Assembly: GCA_048941015.1 (NCBI GenBank)
Contig: JBHLNZ010000040.1
Location: 1 to 29,171 of the forward strand
Direction: 5' to 3'
Length of the DNA stretch: 29,171 nt
Source of the DNA: Promethearchaeota archaeon
GTDB taxonomy: Archaea; Asgardarchaeota; Lokiarchaeia; Sigyniarchaeales; SOKP01
Shown: piece after piece, positions 18,668 through 28,442 of the stretch
Position numbering within the stretch: the stretch's first letter is position 1
Layout of the letters: every line of letters begins with the position of its first letter
Made by a program: the position numbers and the translations under genes
The notes under the pieces: model-generated
Databases searched by the model: none
Told to the model about the DNA's origin: nothing
The model's input: the letters and a program-made list of their open reading frames with translations, nothing else

Positions 18668-18808
18668 TAGTATTTCTTAAATAATTTTAGCGTCTTATTT
18701 TCAAAATTTTATAAAGCTAAAGTTTTTACTCTATATTGACCAGGAATTTTATATATAAAATTCTATTCATTTCTCTTTTAGAAAATTATACAATCTTTGT
18801 GTTTTTTC

Positions 18809-18871
18809 TCTATATATATTCTATATAGTATATAGTACAACTTTATAATATATCCTTACTATATTCTATAT
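18809..18871 (+). promoter_or_regulatory. phoU promoter: TATA box flanked by ATATTCTATAT-type boxes
   Basis: ATATATTCTAT at 18814-18824, TTTATAAT at 18842-18849, TATATTCTATAT at 18860-18871, ATG at 18876 (near-leaderless spacing). Confidence 0.45.
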
Positions 18872-18875
18872 AATT

Positions 18876-19883
18876 ATGACATTTAATATTGAGACTAGAA
18901 GAGTACAGCAAACTGGAGGCTCTTCCTTTATAGTGAGCTTACCAAAGGAATGGATTGAAAAACATGGCATCGAACCGAAAGATACAATCGGGATTCTTTC
19001 TCAACCTGATGGTAACCTTCTAATTACTCCTTATATAAGTTCACAAGACTATATAAAAGAGAAAGTCTTTGATGTTGATGAGATTAAAAATTCTGATTTC
19101 TTATTTAGGCTCTTAATTGGAGCTTATATAATGGGCTATACAATAATTAAGATTAAAACAAGTCGGGAGAAATTCGAATCATTTATTAGGGAAACTGTTG
19201 AAGGTTTTATAAATATAGCAATAGGACCAGAAATTATTGAAGAAACAAACCAATTTATCATGATAAAAGATTTATTGAATCCAAAGGAGATGCCTTTTGA
19301 AAAAACGATAAAAAGGATGTATATATTAGTCCAAGGAATGCATGAAGATGCAGTAAAAGCGTTAGAAGAAGGTAATAAAAAACTTGCAGAAAAGGTAATT
19401 AATCGGGATGATCAGGTTGATAAACTAAATTGGTTGGTTGAGCGACAATCGCATATCGTATTAAGAGATATTATTTTATGTCAAAAAATGGGTATTACAT
19501 TAGAAGATGCGAGCAATTTTCAATTTATCAGTAAATTTTTAGAAAGAATTGGAGATCACGCAGTTAAGATTGCTAGAAGTGTTCTTAAAATAGATTACCA
19601 GAAAATAAATAAAAAACTCTTCGAAAGTATTACTAAAGCAAGTAAAATGTCATTACAATTACTGAATATAAGCCTAGATGCATGGCTTCAAAAAGATTTA
19701 ATCCTAGCGAATGAAAATATTGAATCTATATCAAAATTAATTGAAGTTTGTGAGCAGATACAATTTCATACAGAAAATAGTGCAGAATCTGCTGTTGAAA
19801 TTGGTTATATCATTGAAAGTATTAGACGAGCTGGTGAATATTCATCCGATATTTCAGAAATAATAATAAATAACCTCATTTAA
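18876..19883 (+). CDS. phoU: Archaeal phosphate uptake regulator (AbrB-type N-domain plus PhoU domains)
   Basis: ETRRVQQTGGSSFIVSLPKEW AbrB motif, RDDQVD, LERIGDHA, SIRRAGEYSSDISE. Confidence 0.93.
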   Translation: MTFNIETRRVQQTGGSSFIVSLPKEWIEKHGIEPKDTIGILSQPDGNLLITPYISSQDYIKEKVFDVDEIKNSDFLFRLLIGAYIMGYTIIKIKTSREKFESFIRETVEGFINIAIGPEIIEETNQFIMIKDLLNPKEMPFEKTIKRMYILVQGMHEDAVKALEEGNKKLAEKVINRDDQVDKLNWLVERQSHIVLRDIILCQKMGITLEDASNFQFISKFLERIGDHAVKIARSVLKIDYQKINKKLFESITKASKMSLQLLNISLDAWLQKDLILANENIESISKLIEVCEQIQFHTENSAESAVEIGYIIESIRRAGEYSSDISEIIINNLI

Positions 19884-20164
19884 AGCATAAAACTCTTCTT
19901 AATACTTATTAAAGTCGTCGTGGCTTCAATCCATTGACTTAAATCTTTATCGGTGCGACAAAAAGAGATTATTTTTTCTAAATCTTCTAAATTAGTAAAA
20001 ATACACTCAATAATCAAATCCCAAGCTCCATAAACAGGAGTACTATATGTAATTTTCCACATTTCATTAGAATTACTAAGATTAAACTCTTTTAGTTTTT
20101 CAATTATGCTCCATTGAGATCCTATAATTTTAAGTCTAATTAGAATATATCCACGATAATAAAT
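19880..20164 (-). CDS. Stand-alone Lrp/AsnC ligand-binding (RAM) domain protein, ~94 aa, probable ATT start
   Basis: The frame of the 60-aa track ORF stays open upstream to a TAG at 20170-20168, adding (I)YYRGYILIRLKIIGSQWSIIEKLKEFNLSNSNE. VYGAWDLII hairpin and IEATTTLI terminal strand. GGTG lies 7 nt before ATT 20164. Confidence 0.7.
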   Translation of the reverse strand: MYYRGYILIRLKIIGSQWSIIEKLKEFNLSNSNEMWKITYSTPVYGAWDLIIECIFTNLEDLEKIISFCRTDKDLSQWIEATTTLISIKKSFML

Positions 20165-20293
20165 TAACTAACACCAAAAATCTCGTTTTATACCATTCTT
20201 TTTTATAAGTGATTTAAAGTTTTTCAAACTTTCTATTTATGAATGGTTATATTCAAGCTAACTTAATTTATGGTAGCATTTATTAAAGAACTG

Positions 20294-20317
20294 CTAGTAC
20301 TTTATTAGAAGTACTAG
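20294..20317. promoter_or_regulatory. Inverted repeat in divergent intergenic region
   Basis: CTAGTACTT-TATTAG-AAGTACTAG, just upstream of a TTATAAATA TATA-like element for the PAP2 gene. Confidence 0.45.
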
Positions 20318-20399
20318 TAAAAGTTCAAGCAAAGTTATAAATAGAATACGATCGATAATTGAATATACAACTAGAAAGTTGTAACTGTTTAATAAAATT

Positions 20400-21371
20400 G
20401 TGAGGAAAATGAGTGAAGAAACTCAAGTAGATAAAAAGCTGATATTTAAGATCTTAATTCTTGCGGGGATAACATTTGTTATCGGACTCATATTCTATCT
20501 TGTAGAATTTGTCTTAACTGAACCGTTTAATGCCTTATTATATGATAATACAACTGCTGTTACCATTTTTACATTCATAAGTGAATTAGGAGATACACTT
20601 GTATACATTTTACTTATAGTAGTAGTTTGGTATGTTTATGATAAGAGAGTTGGTAAAAATCTAGCATTTACATTATTCGGATCTTATTTAGTTAATTCTG
20701 TATTAAAGGATGTTTTTCAAGATCCAAGACCACCGACTAATACCACTGCAGAGGGATACGGTCTTCCTTCAGGACACTCTCAACAAGCGGTAGCAACTTG
20801 GGGCTATTTATCTTACAAGGCTTATCTTAAGAAAAATAAAATCTTATTCTGGATTTTTACCATATTAGTCTACATTATCGCAATTTCAAGAGTTATAATC
20901 GGGGTTCATGATGTACAAGATGTTTGGATAGGATTAACAATTGGATTCTTATGGTTAGTTCTCTTTATTGTATTAGAGCCTAAAGTTTCCGCGAAAATAA
21001 GTAGCCTTTCTGTAGTAATTAAAATTATTTTATCTATTGTAGTTCCTATTGTTTTATTTATTATTTTGAGTTATTTAGTATTTCCAAGTTCAGTAATTGA
21101 CTATGGAATGATAAATGGAGCAATGATGGGATTATCATTAGGATACGTGTTTGAAACTAAAAAGATAAAATATGAACCTATAGACCTAAATTATAAACAA
21201 AGAATCTTAAATGTTGTCATTGGGATTGTAATCGCTTTAGTTCTTTATTTAGGTTTAAGTCTTTTATTTCCGGAATCTCAAATAATGGATTTTGTACAAT
21301 ATGCTATTTTATCTTTTATCCTTGTTGGGTTAGTTCCTTGGATTTTTGTAAAAATTAATCGAAAAAGCTAA
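20400..21371 (+). CDS. PAP2-family membrane phosphatase
   Basis: K-x6-RP (KDVFQDPRP), PSGH, SR-x5-H-x3-D (SRVIIGVHDVQD), multiple TM helices. Start may be ATG 20409. Confidence 0.93.
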   Translation: MRKMSEETQVDKKLIFKILILAGITFVIGLIFYLVEFVLTEPFNALLYDNTTAVTIFTFISELGDTLVYILLIVVVWYVYDKRVGKNLAFTLFGSYLVNSVLKDVFQDPRPPTNTTAEGYGLPSGHSQQAVATWGYLSYKAYLKKNKILFWIFTILVYIIAISRVIIGVHDVQDVWIGLTIGFLWLVLFIVLEPKVSAKISSLSVVIKIILSIVVPIVLFIILSYLVFPSSVIDYGMINGAMMGLSLGYVFETKKIKYEPIDLNYKQRILNVVIGIVIALVLYLGLSLLFPESQIMDFVQYAILSFILVGLVPWIFVKINRKS

Positions 21372-21375
21372 ATTC

Positions 21376-21390
21376 TTTTTTTTTTTTTTT
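21376..21390 (+). terminator. Oligo-T (T15) archaeal-type terminator between convergent genes
   Basis: 15 consecutive T directly after the PAP2 stop codon. Confidence 0.55.
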
Positions 21391-21391
21391 G

Positions 21392-24300
21392 TTACCAGTA
21401 GGTTCCTTCTAAAGTCGTGTGATATTCATTTAAAGCCTTAACTGAAGGTTTTTTATGTTGCATACACTCTATTGCATTAACTATTGTTTCTGCTAACTGT
21501 AAGTTAGTAATTACGGGAATATTATAATCTACCGCCATTCGTCTAATTTGATATTCATCTTCCATGATGGTTTTGAATTTTTCCTCAATTGTCGTTGGTA
21601 ATGGGATATTAATTACCATATCAATATTTCCATTCTGCAAACAGCTCATTATATTGGGTTCCATCCCTGATTCATGTACTTTATATAATCGAACCGCTTC
21701 AATTCCATTTTCATTAAGCGCTTTTTTGGTATCTTCAGTTGCAAAAATTGTAAAACCCAATTTTACCAATTTTTTTGATAGAGGGATCATTTGTTGTTTT
21801 AATTCTGTTCCACCTACTGAAATTAATATATTTCCATTTTCAAGTGGAATTTCCTGTTCTGTTGCCTCTAATGCTTTTATAAGAGCTTCAGGAAAGTCTT
21901 CTCCTATGCATGCTACCTCTCCAGTAGAAGCCATTTCAACACCTAAAATGGGATCTGCTTTATCTAATCTCATAAAAGAAAACATAGGAGCTTTAACTGA
22001 AACATAATTCCCATAAGAAAGATTTTTTAACTTATTCGGTATTTTATTTCCCATAATAGTTTCTGCTGCTAATCTCATAAGATTAATTCCTCGAGTTTTT
22101 GAAACATAAGGCATACTTCGACTTGATCTTAAGTTGCATTCAATAACAAATACTTCTTCGTTCTTAACTAAATATTGGATGTTAAAAGGTCCATGAATTT
22201 TAAGTGCAAGAGCAATTTTTGTAGTATAATCTTCAATTATTTGTATTACTTTAGTAGAAATCGTTTGAGGAGGAATAGCCATACTTGCATCTCCAGAATG
22301 GACTCCAGCATTCTCTATATGTTCAACTATAGCGCCAATTAAAACACTTTCACCATCACAAACACCATCACATTCAACTTCACGAGCGCCGGTAAAAAAT
22401 TTAGTAATTACTACAGGATATTCTTTTGAAACAGCAGCAGCTAAATCTAAAGTGTCTTGTAAAGTTTTTTCATCATATGAAACTCGCATAGCAGCTCCAC
22501 TAAGAACATATGAAGGTCTGACAAGAACTGGATAATGAACTTGTTTTGCAAACGAAAGAGCTTCTTTACTATTAGTTAACGTTTTCCATTGTGGTTGCTT
22601 TATAGTAAGTTGATCTAAAAGGGCACTAAATTTTGCTCGATCTTCCGCAAGGTCAATTCTAGTTCCATGGGTACCTAAAATATTTATCCCAGTTTTACGA
22701 AAAAATTCAGAATATTTTGAAAATTTGGTTGCTAAATTTTGAGCAATTTGACCTCCTGCAGAAACTACGATTCCATAAGCTTTTTCAAGTTCACAGATAT
22801 CTAAAACTCTCTCCCCAGATAGTTCTTCAAAGTATAATTTATCTGAGATGTCATAATCAGTAGAAACGGTTTCTGGATTATAATTAATCATAATAGCCTG
22901 ATCGATGCCTAATTCCTTTAATCCCCATAAGCAGTTAACTGATCCCCAGTCAAATTCTACAGAAGCACCTATTCTATAAGTTCCACTTCCTAATACTATT
23001 ACTTTTTTCAAACCATTTTGATTTTCCTTTTCAAAATCAATATCATGCTCTGATGCACTATAAGTAAGATAAAGATAATTAGTAATAGCAGGCCATTCTG
23101 CTGCCAATGTATCGATTCTTTTTACATATGGAATTATGCCTAATTTCCTTCTCATTTGGCGAATAAAAATCGTATTAAGTTTCATTATTTTTGCTATCTG
23201 CCCATCAGAAAATCCAAATCTTTTAGCTCTTTCTAACCAATATTTCTTTTCTATATCATCTGATTCTAATAAGGCAATATCTTGAAGTTGTCGTTCAAGA
23301 TCAACAATATTTTTTAATTTATAAAGAAACCATTTATCTATTCTTGATAAACGATAAATTTCATCTACGGAAATCCCTTTTTTAATCGCTTCAGCTAATC
23401 TAAAAATTCTTAAATCAGTAGGATTCCTTAATTCATACTTTAATTCATTAAGATCTTTAATAGGATATAAATCATTTGCTACTAATCCTTTCATGCCAAT
23501 ATCTAGCATCCTGATTGCCTTCTGTAGAACTTCTTCAAAAGTTCTACCTATTGCCATTACCTCACCAACACTTTTCATTTGAGAGCCAATTTTACGATCT
23601 ACTTTCTGGAATTTTGTAAGATCCCACCTTGGTATTTTCAATACTAAATAATCCAAGGCTGGCTCAAAACAAGCAGTTGTAATACCAGTAATTTTATTTT
23701 TAAGTTCAGGCAAAGTATATCCTATTGCCAATTTAGCTGCGATATAGGCTAAAGGATACCCAGTAGCTTTGGAAGCTAATGCTGAAGATCGAGAGAGACG
23801 TGCATTTACTTCAATTACTCTGAACTCTTTAGAGAAGGGATGTAAAGCGTATTGAATATTGCATTCTCCAATAATACCAAGACTTCTTATTACTCTAATA
23901 GATGCTGATCGTAGCATGTGATATTCTTCATTTGTTAAGGTTTGACTAGGAGCAACAACAATACTTTCACCAGTATGAATCCCCACAGGATCAAAATTTT
24001 CCATATTACAATTGATAAAACAATTATCCATTGAGTCTCGAACTACTTCATATTCTACTTCCTTCCATCCCCAGACACTTTCCTCAATAAGTATTTGATT
24101 AATTCTTGATTGGGCTAACCCTTTTTTTGCCATTTTCTCAAAATCTTTTATGTTATCTACAATTCCAGAACCCCTTCCTCCTAAAGTATAGGCGACTCGT
24201 ATCATTAAAGGAAAACCGAATTCTTCTGCTACATTAATAGCTGCTTTATAAGAGGTTACAGCTTTACTTCTACAAACTTTCGCATTAGCTTGATCCATTG

Positions 24301-24703
24301 CCTGAACAAAAAGATCTCTATCTTCTGTAGCTTCTATAGCCTTGATTGGAGTTCCAAGTACTCTAATATTATATTTTTCTAAGATTCCAAGTTCATTTAG
24401 CTCTACTCCGACATTTAAGGCTGTTTGACCACCAAAAGCTAATAAAATTCCATCGGGTTTTTCCTTTTTGATGACTTCTTCTACATAATAAACATTTATA
24501 GGTAATAAGTATACTCTATCCGATAATTGAGGATCAGTTTGAATTGTTGCTATATTTGGATTAATTAAAATTGTTTCTATACCTTCTTCCTTCAATGCCT
24601 TTAAAACTTGGCTTCCAGAATAATCAAATTCACCTGCTTGTCCTATACGAATTCCACCGGAACCTAAAACCAATGCTTTTTTAATTGATTTGTTTAAAGG
24701 CAT
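21392..24703 (-). CDS. carB: Carbamoyl-phosphate synthase large subunit
   Basis: IGQAGEFDYSG, GIHTGES, IEVNARLSRSSALASKATGYP, NPETVSTDYD, RPSYVLSG, GVHSGD; C-terminal MGS domain. Confidence 0.98.
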   Translation of the reverse strand: MPLNKSIKKALVLGSGGIRIGQAGEFDYSGSQVLKALKEEGIETILINPNIATIQTDPQLSDRVYLLPINVYYVEEVIKKEKPDGILLAFGGQTALNVGVELNELGILEKYNIRVLGTPIKAIEATEDRDLFVQAMDQANAKVCRSKAVTSYKAAINVAEEFGFPLMIRVAYTLGGRGSGIVDNIKDFEKMAKKGLAQSRINQILIEESVWGWKEVEYEVVRDSMDNCFINCNMENFDPVGIHTGESIVVAPSQTLTNEEYHMLRSASIRVIRSLGIIGECNIQYALHPFSKEFRVIEVNARLSRSSALASKATGYPLAYIAAKLAIGYTLPELKNKITGITTACFEPALDYLVLKIPRWDLTKFQKVDRKIGSQMKSVGEVMAIGRTFEEVLQKAIRMLDIGMKGLVANDLYPIKDLNELKYELRNPTDLRIFRLAEAIKKGISVDEIYRLSRIDKWFLYKLKNIVDLERQLQDIALLESDDIEKKYWLERAKRFGFSDGQIAKIMKLNTIFIRQMRRKLGIIPYVKRIDTLAAEWPAITNYLYLTYSASEHDIDFEKENQNGLKKVIVLGSGTYRIGASVEFDWGSVNCLWGLKELGIDQAIMINYNPETVSTDYDISDKLYFEELSGERVLDICELEKAYGIVVSAGGQIAQNLATKFSKYSEFFRKTGINILGTHGTRIDLAEDRAKFSALLDQLTIKQPQWKTLTNSKEALSFAKQVHYPVLVRPSYVLSGAAMRVSYDEKTLQDTLDLAAAVSKEYPVVITKFFTGAREVECDGVCDGESVLIGAIVEHIENAGVHSGDASMAIPPQTISTKVIQIIEDYTTKIALALKIHGPFNIQYLVKNEEVFVIECNLRSSRSMPYVSKTRGINLMRLAAETIMGNKIPNKLKNLSYGNYVSVKAPMFSFMRLDKADPILGVEMASTGEVACIGEDFPEALIKALEATEQEIPLENGNILISVGGTELKQQMIPLSKKLVKLGFTIFATEDTKKALNENGIEAVRLYKVHESGMEPNIMSCLQNGNIDMVINIPLPTTIEEKFKTIMEDEYQIRRMAVDYNIPVITNLQLAETIVNAIECMQHKKPSVKALNEYHTTLEGTYW

Positions 24704-24707
24704 AAAA

Positions 24708-25841
24708 TCATAATTCCATTAATTGAATAAACTTATCAAATAAATAAAGAGAATCTAAGGGACCTGGAGATGCTTCGGGATGAAATTGAACAGCAAATAT
24801 AGATTTTTTTTCATGAATTAATCCTTCATTTGAATTATCGTCTATATTTCTTAAAAATTCTTTAAACCCATTTTCCTCAAATCCCTTAACACAAAATCCA
24901 TGATTTTGAGAAGTAATATAACATTGTTGGGTTTCAGGGTTTATTACAGTTTTATTTCCCCCTCTATGACCATACTTTAGTTTATAAGAAGATCCACCTG
25001 CAGCTAATCCAATAATTTGATTACCCAAACAAATTCCCATGGTTGGAATATTATTTTCAATTAAAGTTCTTGCTGTATTAATAGCATTTTTGTAGATAGC
25101 AGGATCACCGGGTCCATTTGAAATAAACACCCCGTTAGGTTTATATTCCATTATTTTCTTATAAGAAAAACTATAGGGTACAATTACGACTTCGAGTCCT
25201 CTTTTTACAAAATTTCTAATAATATTAAACTTAACTCCCATATCTAAAACTACTAATTTCCCAATTGGATTTGGTGGTTTATAAATTATAACTTCATTTG
25301 TTGATACTTCACTTGCTAGCTGTCTTAGATTAGGATCTATTATATTCTTAACTTTTTCCTTTAATTCTTCAATATTAGGTTTATCTCCAGGATTTAATAC
25401 GGCTAGTAGTCCTAATTGAACGCCTTCTTCTCTTAAGATTTTAGTAATGGCTCTAGTATCAATCCATTCTATTCCAGGAATATCTTCTTCGAGAAGGAAT
25501 TCATTTAGAGTTTTTGAACTTTCATAATGACTTGGGTTTTTACAACATTCATTTACAACAAAACCGCTTACTTTAATAGAATCCGATTCAAAATATTTAA
25601 TAATTCCAAATTCATCCTTTTCCCAAGCTGGAACTCCATAATTTCCTACAAGCGGGTGAGTCATAACCACTATTTGCCCTTTATAGGATGGATCTGTTAA
25701 GGTTTCATTATATCCAGCACCAGTAATAGTAGTAAAAACTATTTCACCATCAACTATTTTTGTCGCTCCGAAACCAATTCCTTGAAAATAACGCCCGTCT
25801 TGAAGCATTAAAACTGCAGGTCTTTCTTTCTTATAAAGCAT
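24708..25841 (-). CDS. carA: Carbamoyl-phosphate synthase small subunit
   Basis: LTDPSYKGQI, SNGPGDP, GICLG, TSQNHGF, VQFHPEASPGP. Confidence 0.98.
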   Translation of the reverse strand: MLYKKERPAVLMLQDGRYFQGIGFGATKIVDGEIVFTTITGAGYNETLTDPSYKGQIVVMTHPLVGNYGVPAWEKDEFGIIKYFESDSIKVSGFVVNECCKNPSHYESSKTLNEFLLEEDIPGIEWIDTRAITKILREEGVQLGLLAVLNPGDKPNIEELKEKVKNIIDPNLRQLASEVSTNEVIIYKPPNPIGKLVVLDMGVKFNIIRNFVKRGLEVVIVPYSFSYKKIMEYKPNGVFISNGPGDPAIYKNAINTARTLIENNIPTMGICLGNQIIGLAAGGSSYKLKYGHRGGNKTVINPETQQCYITSQNHGFCVKGFEENGFKEFLRNIDDNSNEGLIHEKKSIFAVQFHPEASPGPLDSLYLFDKFIQLMEL

Positions 25842-25985
25842 TTATTAAGCGTAAATATATTCTTTTAATTTCTTAAAATAAAGATTACTAATAATTTTTT
25901 ATAAGATTATTTATTAATGAGTTAAAAGACAGCAAAGGATTTTATATAATACAGTCGAAATAAAAATAGAAGGTGGTCATTAAAA

Positions 25986-26813
25986 ATGGCTGAAAAAAAA
26001 GAATATGAACATATTAATATTAAAAAAATCGCTGATAATAACTATGCAGTAATTTCAATAAGTCGTCCTGATAAACTAAATGCATTAGCAAATCAAACTT
26101 TGAGAGAAATTGCTGAAGCGTTAGAGCCGATGGAAACTGATCAAAATATCAGATGTGTTATTCTACGAGGAACTAAAGAATTTACTAAGAAGCCAGCTTT
26201 CTCTGCAGGGGCTGATTTGGCTTCAAGAGGAGAATCAAAACTCGACCCTGACAATTTAAGGCATCAAAGTCACGCTATGTATATAAGGCAAAAATATTAC
26301 AATTTAATTGAAGAATTTCCTAAACCGCTTATAGCTGCTATTGATGGATATGCTTTAGGTGGAGGATTTGAACTAGTTCTGGTTTGTGATATCTCTATTG
26401 CATCTAAACGATCAGTTTTTGGTTTTCCCGAAATTCAACGAGGAATATTTCCTGCTAATGGTGGAACTCAGAGATTAATAAGAAATCTTGGGAAGATGAG
26501 AGTAAAAAGAATGATGTTTTTCGGTGAACATTATACTGCTGAAGAAATGTTTGAGTGGGGAGTTATTTCTTATTTAGTTGATGATGAAAAATTCGAAGGA
26601 TTTGTGCATGAAAAAGCATCGTGGTTAGGGAATGCTCCTACAAATAGCTTATTTCTAATTAAAAAAAGCATTGACTATGGAACCCAAGTACCACTAAATG
26701 TAGGATTACAATTTGAGCAAATGGGTTATGCTATTAACTCCCGCAGTAAAGATGTTGCTGAAGGTGTTAATTCTTTTTTGGAGAAGAGAACACCTAAATT
26801 TCAAGGTAAATAA
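25986..26813 (+). CDS. Enoyl-CoA hydratase/isomerase (crotonase) family protein
   Basis: AFSAGADL, GYALGGGFEL, FGFPE..GIFP..GGTQRL; both catalytic Glu present. Confidence 0.93.
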   Translation: MAEKKEYEHINIKKIADNNYAVISISRPDKLNALANQTLREIAEALEPMETDQNIRCVILRGTKEFTKKPAFSAGADLASRGESKLDPDNLRHQSHAMYIRQKYYNLIEEFPKPLIAAIDGYALGGGFELVLVCDISIASKRSVFGFPEIQRGIFPANGGTQRLIRNLGKMRVKRMMFFGEHYTAEEMFEWGVISYLVDDEKFEGFVHEKASWLGNAPTNSLFLIKKSIDYGTQVPLNVGLQFEQMGYAINSRSKDVAEGVNSFLEKRTPKFQGK

Positions 26814-26825
26814 AAAGAACTAATC

Positions 26826-26834
26826 TTTTTTTTT
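26826..26834 (+). terminator. Oligo-T terminator
   Basis: T9 run shortly after the crotonase stop, between convergent genes. Confidence 0.4.
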
Positions 26835-28278
26835 ATTTAATATCAAGAATATTTTTTATTAAAGCTTTCTTTTCTTCTAAGTTTGCTTGACGTGATATCA
26901 TAATTCTCTGAGCTTGCGGTGAACCTGCACCATGCATCGATTCAGTTCTATAACTTACTGATGCAACTCCCATAGTTAAATTTTCTATAAATCTTAAGAC
27001 TTTATATCGATCTTCAGCACAAAAATCTTCACCAGTAGTCAAATATTTTTCAATTAATGGCCCTATTTCTTCTGATCTCATATCTGCTTCAGAAGGCATA
27101 GTACAAATTATACCTCCAGCAATATCTTCTGCTAATCTACCTATCTCATAAGGAAATCGCGTAACATTTTGTTTGCAAACATTAGCTAATAGCATATCCA
27201 TTTCATAATTTCCTGCTTCTCTTCGAAATCCTAATGAGCTACAGGCAATACCACAACTATATAATGTTTCATTTAGATGGGTCATTTCAACAAGCTTATC
27301 TTTAATATGTGAAGCATTTTCAGTACCATTATATTCTGAAATTAAAGCAGATGCTCCTATAAGTACATCCCCAACACCTACTTTACATCCTCCATAAGAT
27401 TGACGATGAAATCCAGCAAATCGGTTTACTAATTCTCCAGAATATTCAATCTCTCCTTTCATGAAAACATTTTCCTTTGGAACAAATACATTATCGAAAA
27501 CAACAAATATTTCTTGACCTCCATACCGAAAATTTCCGATATCCAACTTTCCTTCTTCTAATTTTCTGGTATCGCAAGATTGCCTGCCATATATCATGGT
27601 GATTCCTTTGGCATTGGTATCGATCCCAAAACTTACCGCATAAGACTCTTCCCCTTCCCGTAACCTAAGTGTGGGCATAATAATCGCTCGATGTGAATTT
27701 AGAAAACCTGTTTGATGAACCTTAGCACCACTTACGATAATCCCTTTATCATTCTCCTCAATTACATGAAGATATGCATCAGGATCTGGTTGATCCTTAG
27801 GTCGTTTACTTCTATCACCCTTTGTATCCGTCATTGCACCATCTACCATGAGATCCTGATTTTGAACTTCAATCCAATATTTTTTAAAACGCTCATGATA
27901 ATTTGTTTTGTATTTTTTATCCATCTCGTAGGTTACACTATATAACGCATTTGCAGTATCAAAACCTACGCACCTCTGGAAGCAACACGATGTTTTTTGC
28001 CCCAAAAGACGCTGCATCTTAACTTTTTTGATTAAATCGTCCGTAGATTGATGGATATGAGTAAATCGATTTATAGTCTCACCTGTAAGATGTGATGTTG
28101 TGGTCATAATATCCTTATATTCTTCTAATTGAGCTAATTCATAAATTTTCATGACGGTATTTAGTGAAGGTCTAATAATTGGATGATTCCAGAACTCTTT
28201 AACCTTTTTTCCGAATAGATATAGATTTACAGGGCGTTTTATACTTTCCAAATATTCTTCTGGCGTTTTTAGAGTCAT
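26833..28278 (-). CDS. abfD: 4-hydroxybutyryl-CoA dehydratase/vinylacetyl-CoA isomerase
   Basis: [4Fe-4S] ligands CFQRC and FHRQSYGGCK, AMTD.KGDRS, TESMHGAGSPQAQR. Confidence 0.9.
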   Translation of the reverse strand: MTLKTPEEYLESIKRPVNLYLFGKKVKEFWNHPIIRPSLNTVMKIYELAQLEEYKDIMTTTSHLTGETINRFTHIHQSTDDLIKKVKMQRLLGQKTSCCFQRCVGFDTANALYSVTYEMDKKYKTNYHERFKKYWIEVQNQDLMVDGAMTDTKGDRSKRPKDQPDPDAYLHVIEENDKGIIVSGAKVHQTGFLNSHRAIIMPTLRLREGEESYAVSFGIDTNAKGITMIYGRQSCDTRKLEEGKLDIGNFRYGGQEIFVVFDNVFVPKENVFMKGEIEYSGELVNRFAGFHRQSYGGCKVGVGDVLIGASALISEYNGTENASHIKDKLVEMTHLNETLYSCGIACSSLGFRREAGNYEMDMLLANVCKQNVTRFPYEIGRLAEDIAGGIICTMPSEADMRSEEIGPLIEKYLTTGEDFCAEDRYKVLRFIENLTMGVASVSYRTESMHGAGSPQAQRIMISRQANLEEKKALIKNILDIK

Positions 28279-28442
28279 AATTCATTATTATATTTTTTAA
28301 TTTATTAATATAAAGAAAGTCGAGTCTTTATTAAAAATGATTCAATTAATTCATAATCATATCTTTATTTATAGCTATAATTAGATAGAAGAAGAATAGA
28401 AGAATAAATTTTCAAAAGATTAGAAAGCTATAATTGATTTAA

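Noticed and set aside
21564-22007. 147-aa plus-strand ORF
   Set aside because: Antisense shadow of carB with no motifs.
24703-24710. Readthrough or frameshift fusion of carA and carB
   Set aside because: The minus strand reads TGA-TTTT-ATG, which is out of frame, and carB has its own start; ordinary translational coupling explains it.
439-27945. Short nested track ORFs (439-648, 3678-3863, 5402-5605, 6979-7221, 7651-7851, 11206-11394, 17913-18188, 27712-27945)
   Set aside because: All lie wholly within well-supported genes, antisense or out of frame, and have no recognisable features.
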